Shown here piece after piece: positions 45,745 to 55,700 of a stretch of 64,000 nucleotides of DNA. How positions within the stretch are numbered: position 1 is the stretch's first letter; every line of letters starts with the position of its first letter. The notes beneath the pieces were generated by a model. It did not search any database. It saw nothing but the letters and a program-made list of their open reading frames with translations, and was not told the DNA's origin. A program made the translations under genes and the position numbers. The stretch covers positions 9,896-73,895 of the forward strand of contig JBPOIB010000004.1 of the NCBI GenBank assembly GCA_052034935.1, given 5' to 3'. Origin of the DNA: Candidatus Moraniibacteriota bacterium (GTDB taxonomy: Bacteria > Patescibacteriota > Minisyncoccia > Moranbacterales > UBA1568).

Positions 45745-45925
45745 CGTAGCGTCCTCCTAAGATAGTGCCCGAAAAGAACTGTCTGCCGAAAAGGCAGGGC
45801 GAGACCGGGTGTATTTCTCCCGGATGCGACTATTGTAAACCGAGTCATTTGTTTTGGCCAGAAGCTCAGAAAAAGCAAAAGAGCGCTCTCGAAGAAGCGT
45901 TCTTTTGCAATGGTTCCGAATCTCT

Positions 45926-47584
45926 TTACATCATACCTCCCATGCCCCCCATGCCCGGCATGCCGGCCGGCATATCCTTCTTTTCCTCAGGCAGGTCAAC
46001 AACCGCTGCTTCCGTAGTGAGGAGAAGCGCCGCAACAGAGACAGCGTTCTCGAGGGCTGTCCGGGTTACTTTTAAGGGATCGATAATCCCCGCCTTGAGC
46101 ATATCAGTTTCATATGTATCGGTCAGGGCATTGTAACCAAAGTTTACCCCCTTATTCGCGACTACTTGATTCATGACAACACTCGCATCCGAGAGACCAG
46201 CATTCGAGACTATTTGCCGGAGCGGTTCCTCGAGTGCCTTCAAGACCGTCAGATAGCCGGCCCGGAAATCATCTTCGGCTTTGGCCTCAGTTTTCTTGAA
46301 TTTCTCACCCACCTCAACTGAGGCTTTCACCAAAGCTGTACCACCGCCCGCCACGATTCCTTCGGCAATCGCGGCCTTGGTCGCCGCTACCGCATCCTCC
46401 ATCTTGTGCTTCATGTAGGTTAATTCGGTTTCAGTGGCCGCACCGACACGGATGACCGCTACGCCGCCAGAAAGCTTCGCCATACGTTTTACGAGACGCT
46501 CACGATCATACTTGCTTTCAGTCTTGTCCGCCTGAGCCTTGATGAGAGCGACACGACTGTCGATATCCTTCTTTTTTCCCTTCCCATCGACGATGGTCGT
46601 GTCATCCTTGGTAGCAATCACTTTCGCTGCACGGCCGAGCATAGAGAGCTCGGTTGACTCGAGTTTCATCCCCTTATCGGTCGAGATGACCTGCGCACCG
46701 ACCAAGGCAGCGATGTCTTCGAGTACGGCTTTGCGGTTATCCCCGAATTCCGGCGCTTTTACCGCCAACACGTTCAAGACCCCTCGCAACCGGTTCACGA
46801 CCAGCGTCGCCAGTGCTTCGCCATCGACATCATCAGCGATGATAACGACATCTTTCTTGCCGGTCTGCGCCATTTTTTCCAGAACGGGAAGAATTTCCGG
46901 CATCGAGGAAATCTTCTTATCAGTAATGAGAATGAACGGATCTTTGATTTCGGCCGACTGGGAAGCCATATCCGTCATCATGTACTGGGAGATATAGCCT
47001 TTATCGAAGCTCATCCCCATCACCACCTCCTTGGAGAGACCGAGGGTCTGGGACTGTTCCGTCGTCACAACACCATCCTCTCCGACCGCCTCCATAACAT
47101 CCGCGATCATCTTCCCCATCTCCTCGCTCTCAGCAGAAATGGTCGCGACATTCACTTTCTCTTCTTTGGAGCTGATTTTCTTGGAATTTTTCTTGAGGGC
47201 CGTCACGATATCCTCTTTAGCGGATTCCATTCCACGCCGGATTCCGATCGGGCTGATGCCAGTCTCGACAAATTTCAGGCCTTCACGGACGAGCGCCTGT
47301 GTGATAACCGTTGCGGTCGTCGTACCGTCACCGGCGACATCATTCGTCTTTTCCGCCACCTGTTTGATAAGCTCAGCACCGAGATTTTCAAAAGCATCTG
47401 GGAGCTCGATATCCTTCGCGATCGATACACCATCGTTCGTGATCGTCGGACCGCCATAGGATTTCCCGAGAAGAACATTACGTCCCTTCGGACCCATCGT
47501 GACACGGACGGCATTCGCCACCTTATCGATACCTGCCTTCACACGCTTCCGGGCTTCCTCGCTGTAAATAACCTGCTTGGCCAT
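45926..47584 (-). CDS. groL: Chaperonin GroEL
   Basis: Unambiguous GroEL sequence (AAVEEGIVAGGG..., C-terminal GGMGGMM). Confidence 0.97.
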   Translation of the reverse strand: MAKQVIYSEEARKRVKAGIDKVANAVRVTMGPKGRNVLLGKSYGGPTITNDGVSIAKDIELPDAFENLGAELIKQVAEKTNDVAGDGTTTATVITQALVREGLKFVETGISPIGIRRGMESAKEDIVTALKKNSKKISSKEEKVNVATISAESEEMGKMIADVMEAVGEDGVVTTEQSQTLGLSKEVVMGMSFDKGYISQYMMTDMASQSAEIKDPFILITDKKISSMPEILPVLEKMAQTGKKDVVIIADDVDGEALATLVVNRLRGVLNVLAVKAPEFGDNRKAVLEDIAALVGAQVISTDKGMKLESTELSMLGRAAKVIATKDDTTIVDGKGKKKDIDSRVALIKAQADKTESKYDRERLVKRMAKLSGGVAVIRVGAATETELTYMKHKMEDAVAATKAAIAEGIVAGGGTALVKASVEVGEKFKKTEAKAEDDFRAGYLTVLKALEEPLRQIVSNAGLSDASVVMNQVVANKGVNFGYNALTDTYETDMLKAGIIDPLKVTRTALENAVSVAALLLTTEAAVVDLPEEKKDMPAGMPGMGGMGGMM

Positions 47585-47622
47585 ACTAGATTTGTATTAA
47601 TGGAATTAGGAGTCAGCTTGAA

Positions 47623-47649
47623 TTAGCACTCTCCATTATAGACTGCTAA
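47623..47649. promoter_or_regulatory. CIRCE (HrcA operator) upstream of groEL
   Basis: TTAGCACTC-N9-GACTGCTAA against the consensus TTAGCACTC-N9-GAGTGCTAA, with one mismatch. Confidence 0.7.
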
Positions 47650-47703
47650 AAAAAGTCGTCAAGGGGCCTCGCTAAAAACATCCACTCTACGAAGCTCGGA
47701 TCA

Positions 47704-49122
47704 TTATTTCTCTCCCAGGAAACGCTCAACGCCGATGAAGTAGAGAATCCGCATGTTCTGATCAAGAATCGGCGCCACTCGGATATGAGCACGATAGGTT
47801 TTTCCCGACTTATGTTTGTTCACCACCTCCCCTTCGAATATCTGCTTATGAAGCCGAATCGTATCCCAGAAATGCTGGTAAAATTCCCGCGACATTTGCC
47901 GCCCCCAGAGCGAGGGCGTTTTTCCAGCCATCTCCTCCTCAGTGTAGCCCGTCAGCGTTTCGGCAGCGGCGTTCGCGTAGAGCACTTTTCCATCCGGATC
48001 AGTGATAATCATGTGGTCAAAGCTCTGATCGAGCGCCATTTTAAACTTGGACAGTTCGCTTTGCCCCCCTGAAATGATACCTTTTGATTTCTCAGCATTC
48101 TTTACCGCCCCCATCATGATGCTGGCTAGATATGAGAAATCATCGATATCACCCGCAGGTAAACCACCTGCCTGCATCACTCCGACCTGGCGAGCGATGC
48201 GACGCATATTCTCGATGCGGCGGAGCAAAAAGATATCGATGACGACAATCAGGATGCTCACATAGGTCGCGAGCACGAAGAGTGAGTATGTGAGGGCTTT
48301 AACCAGAAACTCATGCCCCTCCTTCAGGATTGCTCCCGGATACTCGATCCGAAGCAGAATGGATGGATTACCGAAGATATTATCCAACAACCGAAGCCCG
48401 ATGACTTTTCCGTCTGAATATTCGATAGCTGTCAGTGATCCTGGCTCAAGTATTTTCGGACGACTCTCGGTATCAACAACCTCGGTAAATCCGTACGGCT
48501 GGATATCCACTTTGAGACCCGAGAGTACTGTCAAAGTCTCTGTGTAGCTCTTATCGAGATAGCGCGCGAAAATGAGTGTCCCGCGGCGACTCCCGAGTCC
48601 GTCACTCGTCGTAATTGGCTGGGAAGTGACGATCAACATCGCATCCGGCGCGCTCAGAATTCCATTCTTCACCGGTGAGAGGTTATCGAAATCGAGCAGG
48701 TCGCTCTCGCCCTGGAAATAGCTCAGGAATTCATCTGGGATGGTCTGTACTCCCGGTGCGCCGTCATAGACCTGCTTGCCATAGACGAGTTCACCGGAAT
48801 TATTTATAAAGGCCATGATATTCACGCCGATCAGTTTAAGCGACTCATCATTCAGGTTGGAAGTGATGAAGGCCTCATTACGATCAGAGACGAATTGATA
48901 CGTATCATCCCAACGTGCCCAATCCGCCTGCTTGACAGAGAGGTTGGACATCTCGCGCTCCAGAATCCGGTCGACCAAAGCGAGTTGGTCTTCGGCATCG
49001 CTGCGCTGGACAGAACTCAATTCGTTTTCCGTGAAATACCACACTACTCCATAGGTAGCCGCGAAAAAGAGGAGTGTCGTGACGAGAAGGATGAGGTATG
49101 TCTTGTTCCTAAGTGAAAGCAT
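47704..49122 (-). CDS. Membrane-anchored sensor with periplasmic domain and C-terminal PAS domain, no kinase output domain
   Basis: N-terminal TM, a large extracytoplasmic segment, a second TM, then a PAS S-box and end of ORF. Confidence 0.65.
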   Translation of the reverse strand: MLSLRNKTYLILLVTTLLFFAATYGVVWYFTENELSSVQRSDAEDQLALVDRILEREMSNLSVKQADWARWDDTYQFVSDRNEAFITSNLNDESLKLIGVNIMAFINNSGELVYGKQVYDGAPGVQTIPDEFLSYFQGESDLLDFDNLSPVKNGILSAPDAMLIVTSQPITTSDGLGSRRGTLIFARYLDKSYTETLTVLSGLKVDIQPYGFTEVVDTESRPKILEPGSLTAIEYSDGKVIGLRLLDNIFGNPSILLRIEYPGAILKEGHEFLVKALTYSLFVLATYVSILIVVIDIFLLRRIENMRRIARQVGVMQAGGLPAGDIDDFSYLASIMMGAVKNAEKSKGIISGGQSELSKFKMALDQSFDHMIITDPDGKVLYANAAAETLTGYTEEEMAGKTPSLWGRQMSREFYQHFWDTIRLHKQIFEGEVVNKHKSGKTYRAHIRVAPILDQNMRILYFIGVERFLGEK

Positions 49123-49150
49123 AATTTTTATTTTCAGCTGATACCGGAAG

Positions 49151-49588
49151 CTACACTTTCAAGAGCGCCTTGAGCACATCGTGGGCGGTCAGAATCCCGA
49201 CGAGGGTGTTAGTCTCATTCACTACTGGCAAGGTATTGAAGTTTTTCTCGACGAGAAGCTTCCCGGCCTCTTCAATCGTGGCTGACGGCTGAATCGTAAT
49301 GCAGGGACTCGCCATGATTTCGCTCACTTTCACTTGGGATAGTTCCTTATTCTCAGGCCCGCTTTTCTTATGGGTCAACCGGTTGGTGAGATAGGATACC
49401 ATCGATACTGGCCCTGAATGCTGATAGAAGAAGTCTCCTTCCGCGACAATCCCCTGGAGTTCGAACAGCTCATTGACGATTGGAATCGCGTGGATTTGGT
49501 GCTGTACGATGAGGTCCGCAACGGCCTGAGCAGAGCTGTCTGCTTTCACCGAGATGATATTCGAGGTCATGATATCCTTGACGAGCAT
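49151..49588 (-). CDS. Tandem CBS-domain protein
   Basis: Two CBS motifs (VKDIMTSNIISV..., VSEIMASPCITI...). Confidence 0.8.
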   Translation of the reverse strand: MLVKDIMTSNIISVKADSSAQAVADLIVQHQIHAIPIVNELFELQGIVAEGDFFYQHSGPVSMVSYLTNRLTHKKSGPENKELSQVKVSEIMASPCITIQPSATIEEAGKLLVEKNFNTLPVVNETNTLVGILTAHDVLKALLKV

Positions 49589-49639
49589 AGGGTTGGGGCG
49601 GCATCCGCCTATTTATACGAGTTATTGTACCATTTAATC

Positions 49640-51766
49640 TTACTCATAGCGGAGCGCATTCAGAGCTGAAATGCTCGTCGCTCGACGCGCCGGATAGATC
49701 CCGGTCACGATACCAACAATAAGAGAGAAAACGAGGATGGCAATCACGAATGGCGCCGGGATATAGGAGACATCAATCGCGCCGGCACCCTTGAAGATGG
49801 CGAGGAGGGAAAGTCCGGCGCCAAGTGCCTTGCCACCGACGAATCCGACCAAGAGGCCGAGAATACCTCCGAAAAAAGCCATTACCATCGACTCGGTCAG
49901 AAAAAGTTCCTGGACCTCAACCGATTTCATTCCGATCGCCTTCATGAGACCAACTTCGCGGGTCCGCTCGAGCAGAGAAACCGTCAACGTATTGAACATG
50001 CCGAGTGCCGCGACGCCGAGCGCGACCATACCGAGCAAACCAAGGATGATCCGGGCGCTGGCGAAGAACGAATTAATCTGGGTCACGGTATCAGCAACCG
50101 ATGTCGTCACATAACCCATTCCTTCAATCTGCTTCCGTACATCGGCCAATACTTCCTGATTGCGAGCCGTCACCTTCGCCTGTGAGTAGTACTCGATGCC
50201 GAGACCGCGCAAATCAATAAAAGGTACGTAGAAAATCGGGGTCTTATCTTCAGGAATCACTCCCACGATAGTATAGTCCTCAGAAACCGATTCGACCTTT
50301 TTCTGAGAATCCGAAAGGAGACTCCCCGTCACGACGAAACTTGTATTGAAAGTCTTGCCGATAGCACCTCCCTCATCGATAGAAAGCACCCGGAGCATTG
50401 CCCGGCTCACCACCGCTTCTTTGAGTGCACCTGCCGAGAGCGGCACCCGCTCGATATTGTCCGCCAAGATTGCCTCACCCTCTCCTTCGACCTCGACCCA
50501 GCCATCGCCTGATTCTCGAATATTCACTGCCGGTGTCTCACGTTCCGTCTGGGCGATATCTGCTCTCTCCTCGAGAGAGAGCGTCCGCAGTGTCAGCCAG
50601 TCATCAATCACCGCGAAGTAAGCCTGTCGGACGATGGGCTCCTCCACCTCGTCACGCTGCAAGAGATACTGGCCGCCGACGCAGTCAGGATCGGTCGTAT
50701 CACAGGTAGACTCTGCGAAAATCGAGAAGTTTCCTTTCACCCATTTTCCAAGCGGTGCTTTATCCCCGTCCGTCCCCGCCCGGCCGAATTCATCATTGGA
50801 ATCATAAGCACCTCCCCAGACGATATCGCCGGTCTGTTCAACCGTCTCGATTCGCCCAAAACCAAGAGACTCACTCTCAGCATCCGGCGACTGACGAAGT
50901 CGGACCCATCGGAGTCCGTTCGCCGAGAACGCGACTTTGTCGGCGATTTCTCCGCGCTGCTTCGGCCGCTCCTGGAGGGTTGCTTCAGCTGCGGCCCCGC
51001 TCGGCAGGCTTACTTCGTTGCTTTGGAAAAACTCACCCTGCGCTGGGCGAATAGCAGACTGCGCCAGATACTCGGTCGTCACACCGTAGACGGCCATATC
51101 GGAAACGGAATTCTGATAATTCACCCGGCCGACGACCGAAATGAGCGGTGCAACAGCGCTCACATTCGGAATCTGACTGAAATCTGACAAGGTTCGGTCC
51201 TGAATCTTTATCTTTCCTCCCGGCTGAAGAGAAACGTCAGCCTGCTGCATTTCTTCGAGCTCGGCCACCTGAGAGATAACCAAACGCTGCAGGCCGTACC
51301 CGATCGAGACAAGAAAGACAATCGATCCAATGCCGATCGCCATACCGCCGATCGTTACAGCAGTTCGAGTCTTCTTTCCTTTCATATTGCGGATAGCAAT
51401 CTCGATCAAGCTAACCTTGTCGATACTCTCTCCGTTTGCTGTATGGAAAAACCGAAACAGCCTTTCCGCATATCGGGAGAAAAGGATCTCCGATGGCGTT
51501 CCCGTCCCCATACCGTCTCCCCGGTTTCGCCGTTCGCGCCACAGCACCCGCCAGTACCAGACATGGAAAGTGATCTTGGCGAGAACGTAGGTAAGAATGA
51601 GCAGGATGAAGACGAAAATCCGGACGAAACTGTAGCGGAAAAAATCGTATACCGAGCGGAACCAGCCGGCCACGCCCCACTTCCGAGGGATCGCACCCGA
51701 AGTAGACGGTATCGGCAAAGCCACGGTCGTATTTTCAGTCTCAGTTTTTTTCTTTCGAAACCACAT
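49640..51766 (-). CDS. ABC transporter permease, FtsX/MacB-like with large extracytoplasmic domain
   Basis: FtsX-like TM arrangement around a roughly 400-aa periplasmic insert. Paired with the upstream ATPase. Confidence 0.75.
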   Translation of the reverse strand: MWFRKKKTETENTTVALPIPSTSGAIPRKWGVAGWFRSVYDFFRYSFVRIFVFILLILTYVLAKITFHVWYWRVLWRERRNRGDGMGTGTPSEILFSRYAERLFRFFHTANGESIDKVSLIEIAIRNMKGKKTRTAVTIGGMAIGIGSIVFLVSIGYGLQRLVISQVAELEEMQQADVSLQPGGKIKIQDRTLSDFSQIPNVSAVAPLISVVGRVNYQNSVSDMAVYGVTTEYLAQSAIRPAQGEFFQSNEVSLPSGAAAEATLQERPKQRGEIADKVAFSANGLRWVRLRQSPDAESESLGFGRIETVEQTGDIVWGGAYDSNDEFGRAGTDGDKAPLGKWVKGNFSIFAESTCDTTDPDCVGGQYLLQRDEVEEPIVRQAYFAVIDDWLTLRTLSLEERADIAQTERETPAVNIRESGDGWVEVEGEGEAILADNIERVPLSAGALKEAVVSRAMLRVLSIDEGGAIGKTFNTSFVVTGSLLSDSQKKVESVSEDYTIVGVIPEDKTPIFYVPFIDLRGLGIEYYSQAKVTARNQEVLADVRKQIEGMGYVTTSVADTVTQINSFFASARIILGLLGMVALGVAALGMFNTLTVSLLERTREVGLMKAIGMKSVEVQELFLTESMVMAFFGGILGLLVGFVGGKALGAGLSLLAIFKGAGAIDVSYIPAPFVIAILVFSLIVGIVTGIYPARRATSISALNALRYE

Positions 51767-51769
51767 ATT

Positions 51770-52693
51770 CTATTGTTTTTCGAGCGTGCTCAAGTCCGCT
51801 TTCTTATAGGTCAGTTTCGACTCGAGCACCGCTTTATCTTCATCACGGTAAATGCCTTCAATGCGGCCATCCTTCATGTTAAGTGCCGTCTTTGAGTACC
51901 GAATATACTCAAGGTCATGTGTCACCATGATGATCGTCTTGCCCATATTGTTCAAGTCGTTCAGGAGATACATCAGGTTCTGTCCGGCTTCATAGTCGAG
52001 GTTTCCTGTTGGCTCATCGGCGACCAACACTTCCGGCTCGGTGATGATTGCCCGCGCCACCGCGACACGCTGCTGCTGTCCGCCAGAAAGTTCCATTGGA
52101 TGGTAGTGAGCCCAGCTCTCCATCTTCATAAGCTTCAGCGTCTCATACGCCTTTTCGAGACACTTCGTTTTCTCTTCACCGAGGAGCATCATCGGAAAAG
52201 CGACATTTTCCAACACGGTGAGTGACTTCACCCAGTTCGACTGCTGATACACCATGCCGATATGGTGCTTGCGGAACTGCGCGCGGTCATCCTCATTACG
52301 GCCCGCGTACATGTCTTCGCCCAGAAAGGTAATCTTTCCTTTGGTCGGAGGTTCGAGCCCGAGCAGAATATGGAGCAGTGTTGATTTGCCACAGCCAGAG
52401 GCACCGAAGAGCACCATGAAATCACCGCGCGTAACCGTAAAGTTGACCCCCTTGAGAACGAGCACCATCTGCGTACCGATATCAAACGCTTTGAACACTT
52501 CGTCCGCACGAATAATCACGTCACCCGTCGGTGCCGTCGATTTCAATGGCGCAGAAGTCTTTTCGGCCGAAGGTGCCGGATCCGGCGAAATCGGCGAGAC
52601 TATTGGTCCCGAAAATGCAGACTGTTCGTTTCCGCTGTTCGTTTCCGCTGTTCGTTTCTTCGATGGAGTTCTGACTGATTGTTCTGTGGACAT
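51770..52693 (-). CDS. ABC transporter ATP-binding protein (MacB/LolD-like) with a 60-aa low-complexity N-terminal extension
   Basis: Walker [10 protein letters not shown], signature LSGGQQQRV, Walker B VLVADEPT. Confidence 0.9.
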   Translation of the reverse strand: MSTEQSVRTPSKKRTAETNSGNEQSAFSGPIVSPISPDPAPSAEKTSAPLKSTAPTGDVIIRADEVFKAFDIGTQMVLVLKGVNFTVTRGDFMVLFGASGCGKSTLLHILLGLEPPTKGKITFLGEDMYAGRNEDDRAQFRKHHIGMVYQQSNWVKSLTVLENVAFPMMLLGEEKTKCLEKAYETLKLMKMESWAHYHPMELSGGQQQRVAVARAIITEPEVLVADEPTGNLDYEAGQNLMYLLNDLNNMGKTIIMVTHDLEYIRYSKTALNMKDGRIEGIYRDEDKAVLESKLTYKKADLSTLEKQ

Positions 52694-52704
52694 GTTGATG
52701 TTGA

Positions 52705-55700
52705 CTATTGACCGAGGATGGATCGAAGGCTGGTAATGACGAGATCGAGAGCGTTCGCGGTCGCTTTTGGCGTGATAGCCACTGTATCGACGGAGTTTCC
52801 GATGTTTCCCGCCTTGTCTCGAGAGATGATGCGCAGGTGATAGACCTTGGACGGCGTCAGTCCGGAGATGATCACCGTGTGATTGGTGACGAGGTTTCCG
52901 TCTTCTTGGGTCTTCTGAGCATAACTCGACCCCGTCCCTTCCCCGTATTCTACCTGAGAGCTCGACAATTCGTCAGTCGTCCAAGAAACGACCAACTGCG
53001 CTTCGGACTGCTCATTCGCATCATCGCCCGCCTTGGTCGAAACCGTACCCTCGACGTTCACATCGATGACTTGTGGCGGACGCGTATCGGTCGCTGTCGT
53101 AAAGCGCTGCGGATCAGACTCGGCTTCATTCCCCGCTTTGTCCCGACCCTTCACGATGAGCACATATGGCGTCTGCGGTAAGAGATTGCGCACCATGACC
53201 TTATGTTCCCCTTTCTGGAGCTTCACATTCACTTCGTCGCGGGATTCATCAGGTCGTCCCTCCGGATAATACGTCACGATGGATGATGTTTCTGTATTGG
53301 TCGACCAAGAGACAAGCATGATGGTCTGTGCGGAACCGCGCACCTGCTGGATCCGAACGTTCGATATCTTGGGCCGCGGCAAAGTCTCGAATGAAAGAAT
53401 ACTCCCGTCATACTCCTCCTCCTCACTATCAAGCGTATTGATCTTATAGAAATATTTTGTCCCATCAAGCAGGTTGTCGAGGGTGACATTATAGGTCGTC
53501 TTGGTCGTCGAGGTTGCAATTTCCTTCACGCTACCAAACGAAGCCGTCGTTCCATAGTAGATTCGCACTGAATTAGCATCCTGCGCCGTGAATTCGAGCA
53601 CCACGTTCGAGAGGCCGACCGTCTTTGCCTGAGGATCAGTCACCGTCGGTGCCGGCAGGGTCTCAAAAGAGTCTTCGGTCGAGGTCCCTGTATTCCCGTC
53701 CTCATCGGTCCACTTCGCTTTGAAGTAGTAGCGAGTGCCGGGTGAAAGGTTGGACAGCTTAATTTCATGATCGGTCAACTGATCGGAATTGCTCGGTTCC
53801 TCATTGAAGTATGAACGGGCGCCCTTTCCATACTGGATTTTGCTATCCGAAACACGGTCTGTCCCCCAGCTGATTGTGGCGGCCCGAGTCGTGATCAGCG
53901 AGACCTTCGGCTCAGCTGTAAGCTCAGCGGCTGTGGTGAAACGTCCGGATGGCAAGAGTTCTACCGCTGTCGAGAACGAACCACAGTTATGGACATTATC
54001 GCAGGCGCGAATCTTGTAATAGTACGTCTGCTGAAGAAGGCCTGTGTCGACGAAGGCGATACCGGTCGTCGAGGCCGCTTCAGTAAAGGTTGTCCCATCA
54101 GCCGAGCGGAAAATCTCGTAGTCCTGGACCGATGAGGCACCGCTCGATGGTGGCTCCCATGAAAGTGCAATCTTCCACGAGCTCGTACTCTTGACCGAGA
54201 CATCGGCAATCTCAATATTGAGCGGTATGCCGGGAGCGCTAGTATTCGCTGTGAAATTGACGCTATCGTACGCCCCATAATTGATGGCACCACCCACAAT
54301 ATCGGCATTTTTCGCAACGACATAGAAGGTATTTGTCCCGACCTGGGTAGCGAAAGCACTGGCCGCCACCGAGGTCGCGCCGGCCGAAGTGAAACTACAC
54401 GTAATCTCGGACGGAAGCGTATTCACCGTGTAGCAGTAAGTGAGGTCGTCGACATCTCCCGAATAGCTCGACGGCGGATCCCAAGAAAAAGCGAAGGAGT
54501 TGACGCTGTTCGTCGCCGGAGAAACATCGGCATTCTGTGGAGCGGTCGGACCCGTGCCAGAATAATAGAAGGCGACCTGGACGCTGCCGCTCGAGACATT
54601 GCCAGCAATATCGAGAGTCCGGAGATAAAAGAAGTTCTCACCGGTCTGATAGGCTGCACCAGGCAAGTTCACGCTCGTCGCGGTAATGGTCGATGACCAG
54701 CTTCCCGGATTGATGCTTGCCCCGACCTGATACTGGTAGCCGTCAACGCCGGAAGCAGCGTCGGCGGCCGTATTGGTCCAGAAGAATGTGAAGTCATTCG
54801 TCGAAGAATAACCACTCGGCGCCACGGTCACACCCGTTGGATTCTGCGGACCCGTACTATCGAGCTTGTAGATAAAGGCCGCATAGATCGGACTTACGTT
54901 CTGGGCATTATCTCTGGTCCGAATCCGGAGATAGTAAGTATTACCGCTCGTCAGACTTGACGGCACGAAAGTCGATCCCGCCTGGAATGTCCCCGCCGTC
55001 TCTGGGTCAGCAGTATTATCCGATCCGAAGTAGACATAGTAGCCACCAATTCCTGCGCCCGCATCCGTTGCACCCGACCAGCTGAAGTATGGTGCGGTGT
55101 AGGTGTACCAAGTATTCGTGGTCAGATTCACCGCACCACCCGACTGGTCGAGAGCTGTGATCGCGTTCGGTGCGGCAGGAGCGACGAGGTCGGAAGTCGA
55201 CTCCATGACCACCTCGTTCAAAGTCACCTGCTGATCACCATTACCGAGGAATATCGCCTGCCAGAGGAAACCGTCCTCAGTAACCGGAAAGGTCGGGATA
55301 TTCGTATTAACCGTTGCTTCGTCATTCGCCTGCGTAAAGCCCGACGATGCCGACCAGGCTCCGCCGTCCCAGTATTTCCAGGTTGTCCCACCATCATCGG
55401 ACAAGCGATACGTGATTGCTCCTCCATTCGGTGTTTCGGTTGTTGAAAAAGTATCCCAAGACTGCGTACCGATCAGACGGACCGCGGCCGTCGGCTGCAC
55501 CGCAACGCGGATGTTTGTATACGGTGTCGTATTGAAAGAGCTGCGCGCGATATTACTAATGCGGACTTCATCGATCATACCCACAAAACCTGATGGTACC
55601 CCACCAGCAACTGTCGACCCAGCTTGAATACCGAGGAGAAGCGGATGCGATGTATCAAGCATCGTCGCAGTCGTTGCGACACTTGTGTCTTCCACACCAT

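Noticed and set aside
47585-47703. Missing groES ORF upstream of groEL
   Set aside because: The 119-bp gap holds CIRCE and no ORF of groES length. groES is concluded to be absent here, not missed.
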